From Burkholderiales bacterium (GTDB lineage Bacteria; Pseudomonadota; Gammaproteobacteria; Burkholderiales; SG8-41), in NCBI GenBank assembly GCA_919902235.1, contig CAKKQX010000296.1, positions 1 through 41,153 of the forward strand: a stretch of DNA of 41,153 bases, given 5' to 3'. Of the stretch, positions 1-9,400 are shown one piece after another. The notes beneath the pieces are model-generated. The model was not told where the DNA came from, ran no database searches, and worked only from the letters and a program-made list of their open reading frames with translations. Each line of letters begins with the position of its first letter. The first letter of the stretch is position 1. The translations under genes and the position numbers were made by a program.

Positions 1-113
1 TTCTAGTTGTTTGCCGACGCCAGGCAACAGGCCGCCGACGGCGGGGAGCGCGCGGGGAATTGTTCTGTGTGAATTCTGTGTACCCCTCAATGGGGCATTG
101 AAAAGAATCCTCT

Positions 114-1286
114 ATGGCGGATAAGGTTTTCCCGCTCGCGCAGCGCATGCGCGGGATAGAGCCTTTCCATGTTATGGAACTGCTCGCCCGCGCCCGGGCA
201 CTGGAAGCGCAGGGCCGTTCCATCGTGCATATGGAAATCGGCGAGCCCGATTTTGCGACGCCGCGCACCATTTGCGACGCCGGCATCCGCGCGCTGCAGC
301 AGGGCGAGCTCTACTACACGCCGGCGCTGGGCCTGCCCGCACTGCGCGAAAAAATCGCCGGTTTCTATAAAACGCGCTACGGCGTTGATGTTTCGCCTGC
401 GCGCATCATCATTACTTCCGGTGCGTCGGGCGCGCTGCTGCTGGCGATCGCGGTGCTGGTGGATCCCGGCGATCAGGTGCTGCTGGCCGATCCGGGCTAT
501 CCGGCCAACCGTCATTTCGTGCGCATGATGGAAGGCGAGCCGGTGGGCATTGCGGTTGGCGCCGACAGCAACTATCAGCTCACGCCGCAACTGCTGGAGC
601 GGCACTGGGGCGGCCGCACCGTCGCCGCGCTGGTTGCCTCGCCTTCCAATCCGACCGGCATGCTGGTGCCCGCGGCTGCGATGCGCGAGATGGCGGCGTT
701 CGCGGTGCGGCACAATGGCGTGCTGATGGTCGATGAGATCTATCACGGACTGGTCTATGAAGAGGCAGCGGAGACCGCGCTGGATGCATCTGAAAATATA
801 TTTATAATCAATAGTTTATCAAAATACTTCCAGATGACGGGATGGCGCCTGGGCTGGATGGTGGCGCCCGAGCGCTATGTGCGTGAAATCGACAAGCTGT
901 CGCAGAACATCTATCTCGCCGCGCCCACCCCCTCGCAATATGCGGCGCTCGCCGCCTTCGAGCCCGAAACCCTGGCGCTGCTCGATGCGCGGCGCGACGA
1001 GTTCAAAGCGCGCCGCGATTACCTGGTGCCGGCGCTGCGCGCGCTCGGCTTCGATATTCCGCAGATGCCGCAGGGCGCGTTCTATATTTATGCGGGCTGC
1101 AGCCGCCTGACGCAGGACAGCTACGCGTTCGCGCTCGATCTGCTGGAGAAGGCTGGCGTTGCGATTACGCCCGGCATCGACTTCGGCGACAACGCGCCGC
1201 AGCGGCACGTGCGGTTCGCTTACACGCAGTCGATAGCGCGGTTGCAGGAAGGCGTGCGGCGCATCGCCGCCTACCTCGGCTGCTGA
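114..1286 (+). CDS. PLP-dependent aminotransferase, class I/II (aspartate/alanine aminotransferase-like)
   Basis: 390-aa ORF. Motifs GEPDF and SPSNPTG, plus the PLP-lysine box NSLSKYFQMTGWRLG typical of fold-type I aminotransferases. Confidence 0.85.
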   Translation: MADKVFPLAQRMRGIEPFHVMELLARARALEAQGRSIVHMEIGEPDFATPRTICDAGIRALQQGELYYTPALGLPALREKIAGFYKTRYGVDVSPARIIITSGASGALLLAIAVLVDPGDQVLLADPGYPANRHFVRMMEGEPVGIAVGADSNYQLTPQLLERHWGGRTVAALVASPSNPTGMLVPAAAMREMAAFAVRHNGVLMVDEIYHGLVYEEAAETALDASENIFIINSLSKYFQMTGWRLGWMVAPERYVREIDKLSQNIYLAAPTPSQYAALAAFEPETLALLDARRDEFKARRDYLVPALRALGFDIPQMPQGAFYIYAGCSRLTQDSYAFALDLLEKAGVAITPGIDFGDNAPQRHVRFAYTQSIARLQEGVRRIAAYLGC

Positions 1287-1288
1287 AC

Positions 1289-2047
1289 TCACTGCAGCGC
1301 GCGCAGCAGCAGCGACACTCCGCTTGCAGCCAGCAGTCCGCCGATGATGCGGATGGCATGTTCGCGCCTGAGCCGGCCGTGCAGGCGATTGCCCGTGTAA
1401 AGACCGATCAACATTACCGGAAACAGCAATGCCGCCGTCAACAGCACATCGCGGTTGAAGAGTCCCGCGGTAGCGAACAGCGCGATGCGCGTGATGGTGG
1501 TGAAAATAAAAATCACCGGTATCGTCGCGCGAATCTGCCCGGGCGTGGCGCCGCGTCCGGTCAGGTAAAAGACATAAAGCGGACCACCCACGCCGAAGGT
1601 CGAGGACGTGGCACCTGCAAACAAGCCGAGCGGCGCTGCCGACCAGCGCGCCAGCCGGACCACCGACCCTCGCCCGAAAGCGTAGATCGCGCCGTAGGCC
1701 AGCACGAAAACGCCGAGACAGGCGAGCAGGATGTGTGCCGGCAGCCGCAGCAGCAGAAACACGCCCGCCGCCATGCCGATGAGCATGAACGGCGCCAGCG
1801 GCAGGAGTTCGTGCTTGTTGACGTCGGCGCGCAGCCGCAATCCCATGGTGATGGCGCCGAAGCAGTCGAGCACCACCACCACCGGAATCACGAACTGCAG
1901 CGGAAACAGGTGAGCGAGCAGCGGCACGGCGATGAGGGTGGAACCGAAACCCGAGATGCCGAAGATGATATAGGCCAGCAGGATGATCAGCGGCGCTAAA
2001 ACCAGGATCTCGGGGCTGGGCATGGTTTCGGGGGCGACAAGCGGCAA
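1289..2047 (-). CDS. TauE/SafE (DUF81) family membrane protein, putative sulfite/organosulfonate exporter
   Basis: About 250 aa and very hydrophobic. Has the duplicated glycine-rich TM motifs GISGFGSTLIAVPLL and TFGVGGPLYVFYL. The track start at 2047 is TTG; an in-frame ATG at 2023 is an alternative start. Confidence 0.75.
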   Translation of the reverse strand: MPLVAPETMPSPEILVLAPLIILLAYIIFGISGFGSTLIAVPLLAHLFPLQFVIPVVVVLDCFGAITMGLRLRADVNKHELLPLAPFMLIGMAAGVFLLLRLPAHILLACLGVFVLAYGAIYAFGRGSVVRLARWSAAPLGLFAGATSSTFGVGGPLYVFYLTGRGATPGQIRATIPVIFIFTTITRIALFATAGLFNRDVLLTAALLFPVMLIGLYTGNRLHGRLRREHAIRIIGGLLAASGVSLLLRALQ

Positions 2048-2157
2048 ATAATGAACAGGCAGGCGGCTGCGATTTCCGTGATTTGGCGCAGGTTGCGTCA
2101 GAGTATAACCGCAGCGGGTAAAATAGCATGTTGAGAACCCCGCATCGGTAATACTTC

Positions 2158-2880
2158 ATGAAGCTCCTGAGGTCTTGCGTCCTGATCCTGACTGTATGCG
2201 CGGCAGCGGTTATCGCTCCCGCTGCATATGCCCAGGACGCGGGCAACGCAGCCGCCATCAAGGCTGCCGCTGAAAAGGTCGAGGCGGACGAGAAGCGCGT
2301 GAACGCATCGCGCGAGCGGCTGAAGCAGGAGCGGGAGACGCTGGAAGCGGTGCGCACAACCGGGGACAAGGCGAAGATAGCCGCCGCGCAGTCAAAGTCA
2401 CGCGCGGCGCAGCGTCAGCTGCGCAAGGACCGTTCCGATCTCATGCAGTCGCGCGACGCTTTGGGCAAGTTGCGTGATCCGCGCGCCAGGGCGGAAAGCA
2501 GGAAGGAGGGCGAGCGTGTGCGGTCCGAGCGCGAGCGTATCAAGTCCGGGCGCCGGGCGGCTGGCAAGCCCGCGCAGCGGGTTGCGCAACACCGTGCCAG
2601 AAAACCGCCGGCCGATGCCGCTGAAATCGAGGCGAATCGCCAGGCGCGCGATCGGCTGATCGCGGAAAAACAGGCGCAGAAACAAGCGCTCCAGGCCGAG
2701 CGCAGGCAGCGGGCAGAGCAGCACAAACTGGGCGCCGAGGCGCGCGCGTTGCGCCGCAAGGCGCGTGAAAAAGAGGACGCCGCTACGCGCCAGGCGCGGG
2801 AAGCACGCAATGCGGAGCGCGAAGCGATACGTAACAAATCGACATTCAAAGGTACCCTCGGGTCCGGCAGGAGCAGATAA
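2158..2880 (+). CDS. Secreted, highly charged Ala/Arg/Glu/Lys/Gln-rich coiled-coil-like protein, function unknown
   Basis: Clear signal peptide MKLLRSCVLILTVCAAAVIAPAAYA|QD. It is followed by about 210 aa of low-complexity charged sequence (RERLKQERETLEA, RRKAREKEDAATRQAREARNAEREA). No family recognised. Confidence 0.6.
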   Translation: MKLLRSCVLILTVCAAAVIAPAAYAQDAGNAAAIKAAAEKVEADEKRVNASRERLKQERETLEAVRTTGDKAKIAAAQSKSRAAQRQLRKDRSDLMQSRDALGKLRDPRARAESRKEGERVRSERERIKSGRRAAGKPAQRVAQHRARKPPADAAEIEANRQARDRLIAEKQAQKQALQAERRQRAEQHKLGAEARALRRKAREKEDAATRQAREARNAEREAIRNKSTFKGTLGSGRSR

Positions 2881-3005
2881 AGGAGTTCGCATAAAAGGCT
2901 TCCATGACTGGACCGACGAGTCGATCGCGAAGGAGGAGGCACGCTGCGAGGATGCGCTGATGGGCACCATGGAGATTCTCAATCGCGAACGTGCCAGGGC
3001 AAAGA

Positions 3006-3130
3006 CAAATAGACAGGATTAACAGGATCAACAGGATTAAAACCAAGTTTCAGGGCCAACCCCAATTCCACAAGATTGTTTTTCATGTTTTTGATCTGAT
3101 CTTGTAAATCCTGTTAATCCTGTCCATTTG
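3006..3130. repeat. Inverted pair of 35-nt arms, each made of three 9-bp ATC[CT]TG units plus a TC[TC]ATTTG tail
   Basis: The reverse complement of 3006-3040 is ttaatcctgttgatcctgttaatcctgtctatttg. 3096-3130 is ctgatcttgtaaatcctgttaatcctgtccatttg. The arms are separated by 55 nt, and the right arm ends 11 nt before the ATG at 3142. Confidence 0.8.
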
Positions 3131-3141
3131 AACTTTTCAAA

Positions 3142-3783
3142 ATGACCCGGCTTATTCTGATCAGGCACGGCGAAACCGTGTGGAACCGCGAGCACCGCAT
3201 GCAGGGTCAGCAGGACAGTCCGCTGACCGAAGTGGGGGAGCGCCAGGCGCGCCAGCTGGGCCGACGCTTCAGAGACGAGAAGTTCGGCGCGCTCTACAGC
3301 AGCGATCTCGGGCGTGCGCACCGGACGGCGCAGAGCGTTGCCGATGCAACGGGGCGCAGTATCATCGTGGACACACGCTTGCGCGAACGGCATTTTGGCG
3401 TGTTCGAAGGGCTGACGGGGGACGAGATCGAGCGCAATTATCCGCGGGAGTTCCTTTGCTTCAGGAGCCGCGATCCGGCTTACGCCGTGCCCGGCGGCGA
3501 GAGCGCGCTGCAGTTTCGCGAGCGCTGCCTCGCCTGCCTGAACGAACTGGCCGGGCGCCATGCCGGCGAGCGGGTTGTGGTGGTGACGCACGGTCTGGTT
3601 CTCGACATACTGTATCGCGCGGCAAACGCGCTTACGCTGGAACAGCCGCGCCCGGTGCCGCTGCTCAACGCGAGCCTGAATATTTTCGGCCACGACGGCA
3701 AACGCTGGCATTGTGAAGCATGGGGAGACGTGGCCCATCTCGAAGCTGCTGCGGTGACGCGCTTCGAGAGCGGAATGGCCTGA
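3142..3783 (+). CDS. Histidine phosphatase family protein (phosphoglycerate mutase-like, GpmB/SixA superfamily)
   Basis: N-terminal LIRHGETVWN catalytic RHG motif, plus a downstream VVVTHG second-histidine motif. 213 aa. Confidence 0.85.
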   Translation: MTRLILIRHGETVWNREHRMQGQQDSPLTEVGERQARQLGRRFRDEKFGALYSSDLGRAHRTAQSVADATGRSIIVDTRLRERHFGVFEGLTGDEIERNYPREFLCFRSRDPAYAVPGGESALQFRERCLACLNELAGRHAGERVVVVTHGLVLDILYRAANALTLEQPRPVPLLNASLNIFGHDGKRWHCEAWGDVAHLEAAAVTRFESGMA

Positions 3784-3882
3784 AAGTCTGTGAACAGGTG
3801 AACGGGTGAAACCTACGCCTCGGCTTCCGGGAACGGAGGGTGTTCGCGCGTTCATCCCTGCGCTATTTTTGCGGTACCGCTC

Positions 3883-4521
3883 ATGAGTCAACAGGAAACG
3901 GTGGTGCTGGTGCATGGCCTGTGGGTGCACGGCGTGCTGATGACGCTCATGCGGCGGCGCATAGCGCGCGGCGGCTACCATGTGCAGAGTTATTCCTATC
4001 CCTCGATGCGCCTCACGCTCAGCGCGAATGCCGCAAGGCTGGCGCGCTTCTGCCGTGGCCTGAGCGCGCAGCGACTGCATTTCGTCGGCCATAGCATGGG
4101 CGGGCTGGTGATACTCAAGATGCTGGAAGGTGCGGCGGATCTGAACATCGGCCGCATCGTGCTTGCCGGCACGCCGTTCTCGGACAGTTACGCCGCGCGC
4201 CGCATGGCGCGTTTGCCGGGAGGCCGCGCCGCGCTCGGCCGTGGTATGCCGGAGTGGCTGGGGAGCGCGCGGCCGGATGATCTTGGCCGCTGCGAGATCG
4301 GCGTCATCGCCGGCAGTCTGGGTGTCGGACTCGGCCGGCTGATCGCGCCCGATCTGCCGCGGCCCAACGACGGGGTGGTGACCGTGGCTGAAACCCGTGT
4401 GCCGGCGGCGCATGATCACATCGTGCTCAGGGTGAGCCATACTGCAATGCTTTTTTCGCCTGCCGTGGCGCGCCAGGCCCGCGCATTTCTAAAACATGGC
4501 GCGTTTGTTCGAGAGAAATGA
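3883..4521 (+). CDS. Alpha/beta-fold hydrolase (lipase/esterase-like)
   Basis: VVLVHGLW oxyanion region and the nucleophile elbow GHSMGG. 212 aa. The stop overlaps the next start (ATGA), suggesting translational coupling. Confidence 0.8.
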   Translation: MSQQETVVLVHGLWVHGVLMTLMRRRIARGGYHVQSYSYPSMRLTLSANAARLARFCRGLSAQRLHFVGHSMGGLVILKMLEGAADLNIGRIVLAGTPFSDSYAARRMARLPGGRAALGRGMPEWLGSARPDDLGRCEIGVIAGSLGVGLGRLIAPDLPRPNDGVVTVAETRVPAAHDHIVLRVSHTAMLFSPAVARQARAFLKHGAFVREK

Positions 4522-5612
4522 GCATGTGTATTTACAAGATACCGATTTTGCGCATAGCCGGCATATGTTTGCTGCTCGCGTTGGGCGGCTGCGCCAATTT
4601 CGGCTATTACCTGCAATCGGTCAGTGGCCAGCTTGACATCTGGAAGCGCGAGCGCGCCATCGAAAACCTCATTCTCGATCCGGCAACGCCCGCAGCGCTC
4701 AAGGAAAAGCTTGCGACGGTGTTGCGCGTCCGCGAATTCGCAAGCCGCGAACTGGGGCTTCCACGCAACGAAAGCTACCGCCGCTACGCCGATCTGGAAC
4801 GGCCGTATGTGGTGTGGAACGTGTTTGCAAGCGCCGAATTTTCCACCGAGCCCGAGCAATGGTGTTTCCTGTTCGCCGGCTGCGTCGGTTATCGCGGCTA
4901 TTTCGCCAAGTCTGATGCCGACCAATTCGCCGCTGGCCTCGGCGCCCAGGGGTATGACGTGTTCGTGAGCGGCGTGCCTGCCTATTCGACGCTGGGCTGG
5001 TTTGCCGATCCCGCGCTCAACACCTTCATGCACTACCCCGAGGCGGAAATCGCGCGGCTGGTGTTTCACGAACTCGCGCACCAGATCGTTTACGTGAAGG
5101 ACGATTCCGTATTCAACGAATCGTTCGCGGTGGCCGTGGAGCTCGAAGGCGTGCGACGCTGGCTGCAACGCAATGACGACGCGCAGCAGCAGCGGCAGTT
5201 TGGGGAAAGAAGCCGGCAGCGCCAGGCGTTCGCCGGGCTGCTGCAGAAGTACCGCGATCGGCTGGACGCGCTCTACCGCACGCGGTTGGCGCCGGCGGCG
5301 ATGCGCGGGCGCAAGGCCGCCATTCTCGGCGAGATGGAACAGGAATATCAGCGCATGAAAGCAGAGTGGGGCGGCTTCGCGGGATACGACCGCTGGTTTG
5401 CGCAAAAGCCCAATAACGCGCAGATTGCGTCGGTTTCCATTTATACGCAAATGGTGCCGGCGTTTCAGGCGCTGCTCGAAAAGGAAGGGCGCGACTTCGG
5501 ACGGTTCTACGCTGCGGTGAAAACGCTGGCGCGGCTGGAGAAGGCGCAGCGCGACGATGCGCTGCAGATGCTGCTGCCGCAAACCGCGTTTGCCGCCGGC
5601 GGCACGCACTAG
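4518..5612 (+). CDS. Putative zinc aminopeptidase lipoprotein (DUF2265/'predicted aminopeptidase' family)
   Basis: Lipobox LLALGGC near the N-terminus and a HELAHQ zinc-binding motif. The length and the WFADPALNTF region fit the PF10023-type family as I remember it. Confidence 0.7.
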   Translation: MSMCIYKIPILRIAGICLLLALGGCANFGYYLQSVSGQLDIWKRERAIENLILDPATPAALKEKLATVLRVREFASRELGLPRNESYRRYADLERPYVVWNVFASAEFSTEPEQWCFLFAGCVGYRGYFAKSDADQFAAGLGAQGYDVFVSGVPAYSTLGWFADPALNTFMHYPEAEIARLVFHELAHQIVYVKDDSVFNESFAVAVELEGVRRWLQRNDDAQQQRQFGERSRQRQAFAGLLQKYRDRLDALYRTRLAPAAMRGRKAAILGEMEQEYQRMKAEWGGFAGYDRWFAQKPNNAQIASVSIYTQMVPAFQALLEKEGRDFGRFYAAVKTLARLEKAQRDDALQMLLPQTAFAAGGTH

Positions 5613-5655
5613 CGCCTGCGGTATAATCGCGGCGGCCCGCGCAAAGGAGGAAACT

Positions 5656-6285
5656 ATGAAGCTCACCAGCCGCAGTTTCGGCGACAATCAGCGTATCCCC
5701 GCGCAATTCGCATTCTGCGCGCCCGATTCCCAATCCCATGTCACGCTGTCGAACAACCGCAATCCCGAATTGTCGTGGAGCGATTTGCCTGCCGGCGCCA
5801 AGTCGCTGGCGCTGATCTGCCATGATTACGACGTGCCGTCCAGGCCCGACGACGTGAACCAGGAGGGGCGCACCATTGCGGCGTCGCTGCCGCGCATCGA
5901 TTTTTACCACTGGGTGCTGGTCGATCTCGATCCGCATGCGGGTCCGATCAGGGCCGGCGAGTTTTCGGATGGCGTCACCGCGCGCGGCAAGCCGGGCCCC
6001 GTTGGTCCGCACGCTACGCGCCAGGGCATCAACGACTATACGATGTGGTTCGCGGGCGACAAGGACATGTCCGGCAATTATTTTGGCTACGATGGGCCGT
6101 GCCCGCCGTGGAACGACAGCATCGTCCACCATTATGTATTCACGCTTTACGCGCTGGACATCGCCAGGTGCCCGGTGGAGGGCATATTCAGGGGTCCCGA
6201 CGTGCTCGCCGCGATCAAAGGCCATGTGCTGGGCCAGGCGCAGCTTAGCGGCGTCTACAGTCTGAACCCCGACGTCAGGGCGTGA
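5656..6285 (+). CDS. YbhB/YbcL family Raf-kinase-inhibitor-like (PEBP) protein
   Basis: The ATG at 5656 follows AAAGGAGG with 5-nt spacing. Motifs CHDYDVP, HWVLVDL and GYDGPCPP are typical of bacterial PEBP proteins. The 33 upstream codons of the track ORF overlap the preceding gene's tail and are rejected. Confidence 0.85.
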   Translation: MKLTSRSFGDNQRIPAQFAFCAPDSQSHVTLSNNRNPELSWSDLPAGAKSLALICHDYDVPSRPDDVNQEGRTIAASLPRIDFYHWVLVDLDPHAGPIRAGEFSDGVTARGKPGPVGPHATRQGINDYTMWFAGDKDMSGNYFGYDGPCPPWNDSIVHHYVFTLYALDIARCPVEGIFRGPDVLAAIKGHVLGQAQLSGVYSLNPDVRA

Positions 6286-6301
6286 ATGTTGCTGTCATCG
6301 C

Positions 6302-6328
6302 AAAAGGCCGGCTGCGCCGGCCTTTTTT
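6302..6328 (+). terminator. Rho-independent terminator
   Basis: aaaaGGCCGGctgcgCCGGCCtttttt: a 6-bp GC stem extendable by A:T pairs, a 5-nt loop and a T6 tract, 17 nt after the PEBP stop. Confidence 0.75.
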
Positions 6329-6446
6329 CTTTGGTGTACTGCATTGAGCGGGATGAGCGGAATTGAAAACGGTTTACAGGCAATGTTGAAGATTATCGCT
6401 CGCATGCTGCAATCTGCATCGGGAACGGCGTGAATGTTTCCGGGTT

Positions 6447-6482
6447 TTGAATCTTGTTAATCCTGTAAATCCTGTCTATTCG
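6447..6482 (+). repeat. Third copy of the 9-bp-periodic ATC[CT]TG element
   Basis: ttgaatcttgttaatcctgtaaatcctgtctattcg aligns column-for-column with the arms at 3006-3130. It ends 14 nt before the hrpA ATG. Confidence 0.75.
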
Positions 6483-6496
6483 ATTTTGCTTTATCC

Positions 6497-9400
6497 ATGA
6501 GCCACCCACCCGCCATCGACTGCGAGCAACGGCTGCGCAATCTGCCGCAGCCGACCTACCCCGACGAACTGCCCGTGGTGGCCAGGCGCGAGGAGATCGC
6601 GCGCGCCATCTCCGGGCATCAGGTGGTCATCGTGTGCGGCGAAACCGGCTCGGGCAAGACCACGCAGTTGCCCAAGATCTGCCTGGAACTGAAGCGCGGC
6701 GTCGCCGGCCTCATCGGCCACACCCAGCCGCGGCGCATCGCGGCGCGCACCGTGGCCAGCCGCATCGCCGCCGAACTCAGAAGCCCGCTCGGCCACGCCG
6801 TGGGCTACAAGGTGCGCTTCGCCGACAAGCTCTCGTCCAATACCTATATCAAGCTCATGACCGACGGCATCCTGCTCGCCGAAACCCAGGGTGACCGGTT
6901 GCTCAAACAGTACGACACGCTGATCATCGACGAAGCGCACGAGCGCAGCCTCAATATCGACTTCCTGCTGGGTTACCTGAAACGGCTGCTGCCGCGGCGC
7001 CCCGATCTCAAGGTAATTGTGACTTCGGCCACCATAGACGCGGAGCGCTTTGCGGCGCATTTCAACGGTGCGCCGGTGATCGAAGTGTCGGGGCGCACCT
7101 ATCCGGTTGAAGTGCGCTATCGGCCGCTCGTCCCCACCCTCACCCCCGCCCCTCTCCCTGAGGGCGAGGGGAGTTATCAGGCGGTCCATGCCGGAAATTC
7201 CGGCACGGACCGTGAAATGGAGATGGAGGATGCCATTCTCGGCGCGGTGGATGAGCTCGCGCGTGAGCGCGCCGGCGGCGACATCCTGGTGTTCCTGCCC
7301 GGCGAACGCGAAATCCGCGAGACCACGGAGGCGCTGCGCAAGCATCATCCCAGGGGCGCGGAAATCCTGCCGCTTTACGCCCGGCTGTCGTTCGAGGAAC
7401 AGGAGCGCGTGTTCAAACCAGGCGGTGCCCGGCGCATCGTGCTCGCCACCAATGTCGCCGAAACTTCGCTCACCGTGCCCGGCATTCACTATGTCGTCGA
7501 TGCCGGTTTCGCGCGCGTGAACCGCTACAGCTACCGCAACAAGGTCGAGTTGCTGCAGGTCGAGAAAATTTCCCGCGCCTCGGCCAACCAGCGCGCCGGC
7601 CGCTGCGGTCGCGTCGCGGCGGGCGTATGCATCCGGCTGTATTCGGAACAGGATTACCTCGCGCGTCCCGAGTATACCGATCCCGAAATCCTGCGTTCCT
7701 CGCTGGCACATGTGATTCTGCGCATGCAGTCGCTGAAGATAGGCGATATCGAGGATTTTCCATTCCTCGAACCGCCGCCGCCGCGCACGATTGCCGACGG
7801 CTATCAGCTGCTCGCCGAACTGGGCGCGGTCGACGCCGGGCGCGCATTGACTGCGGTCGGCTGGCAGCTCGCCAAATTTCCGATCGATCCGCGCATCGCG
7901 CGCATGGTCGTCGCCGCCAGCCACGAAAACTGCCTGCACGAGGTGCTGATCATCGCGGCGGCGCTGTCGGTGCAGGATCCGCGCGAGCGGCCGTTCGAGC
8001 GCGCCGAGGCGGCGGACCGGGCGCACGAGCGCTTCCGCGATGAGCGTTCGGATTTCATGGGTTATCTGCGAATCTGGGATTTTTTCAATGAGGCGCTGAA
8101 ACACAAGAAATCGAACCGCAAGCTGACCGAACTGCTGCACGCGCATTTCCTGTCGCACCGGCGCATGCGCGAGTGGCGCGACATCCACGGCCAGCTTGCC
8201 GCGCTGGTGGGCGAGATGGGCGTGCATCCGAACCAAATTGCCGCGACCTACGAGCAGGTGCACCGCGCGCTGCTGGCCGGCCTGCTCGGCAACATCGGCT
8301 TCAAGAATGAAGACGGCGAGTATCTGGGCGCGCGCGGCATCAAGTTCACGCTTTTTCCGGGTTCGGCACTGAGGAAGGCCCAGCCCAAATGGATCATGGC
8401 CGCCGAACTGGTCGATACCACGCGGCTTTATGCGCGTTGCGCGGCGAAGATAGAGCCGGAGTGGATAGAGCCGGTCGCCACACCGCTGCTCAATCGTCAC
8501 TACTTCGATCCGCACTGGGAAAAGGAACGCGCGATGGTGGTCGCGTTCGAGCGCGTCACGCTTTACGGGCTCACCATCGTGCCCAGGCGCCGCGTGCATT
8601 ACGGCGCCATTAACCCCAAAGAGGCGCGCGAAATTTTCATCCGTAATGCGCTGGTCGCCGGGGAGTACGCAACGCGTGCACAATTTTATGAATATAACCA
8701 AATACTTATAAAAGATGTGCGGGAGCTGGAGCACAAGGCACGCAAGCGCGACGTGCTGGTGGACGAGCAGGCCATTTTTGCTTTCTACGATGCGATTTTG
8801 CCGCCCGACATCGTCAACGGCGCGGCGTTCGAGAACTGGCGCCGCGCGGCGGAGGAAAAAGAACCCCAACTGCTCCACCTCACGCGCGAGTACCTGATGC
8901 GGCATGCCGCGGCGGACATCACCGAGGCGCAGTTTCCGGAAACGCTACAGGCCGACGATGCCGAACTGAAACTCAAGTACCGCTTCGACCCCGGGCATGC
9001 GCTTGACGGGGTCACTGCGAGCGTGCCGCTGCCGCTGCTCAACCGGCTGGAAGCGGCGCCGTTCGAGTGGCTGGTGCCGGGACTGATACGCGACAAGATC
9101 GCGACTGCGTTCAAGGCGCTGCCCAAGCCGCTGCGCCGCCATCTCGCGCCGGCTGCAGAGCATGTGACGGCATTTCTGACCGAATGCGAGGGAGGGCAGA
9201 GGAGGGAAGGGAGAGGAGAGCGGCGGGAAAGCCTGGTGGAGGCACTCGCGCGCTACGTGCAGCGCGCCGCAGGCACGCCGGTGGACAAGGACGTGATCGG
9301 GGCGATTGATTACCCGTCGCATCTCAGAATGAACTTCCGTGTCGTCGACGATGCGGGCCGTGAACTGGCGGCCGGCCGCGACCTCGCCGCGCTCAAGACC

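Noticed and set aside
2765-3022. 85-aa ORF overlapping the 3' end of the 2158-2880 gene and running into the repeat element.
   Set aside because: Its first half is an alternate frame of the charged-protein gene, and the only RBS-like AAGGAG (2880-2885) lies inside the ORF rather than upstream of its start. The only other in-frame Met residues (the M-G-T-M run in CEDALMGTMEILNR) lie 17-20 codons from the stop. It ends inside the ATCCTG repeat, and I recognise no motifs in it.
6491-8905. 804-aa ORF antisense to hrpA. Similar long antisense or shadow ORFs occur at 819-2369, 3037-4440, 4416-5687, 5113-6225, 8945-10219, 20976-22082, 26391-27452, 27658-28689 and 38208-39764.
   Set aside because: Each overlaps a gene with unmistakable family motifs on the other strand. 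Their translations are Arg/Ala/Gly/Pro-rich with no recognisable motifs, as expected from stop-codon depletion in roughly 65-70% GC DNA.
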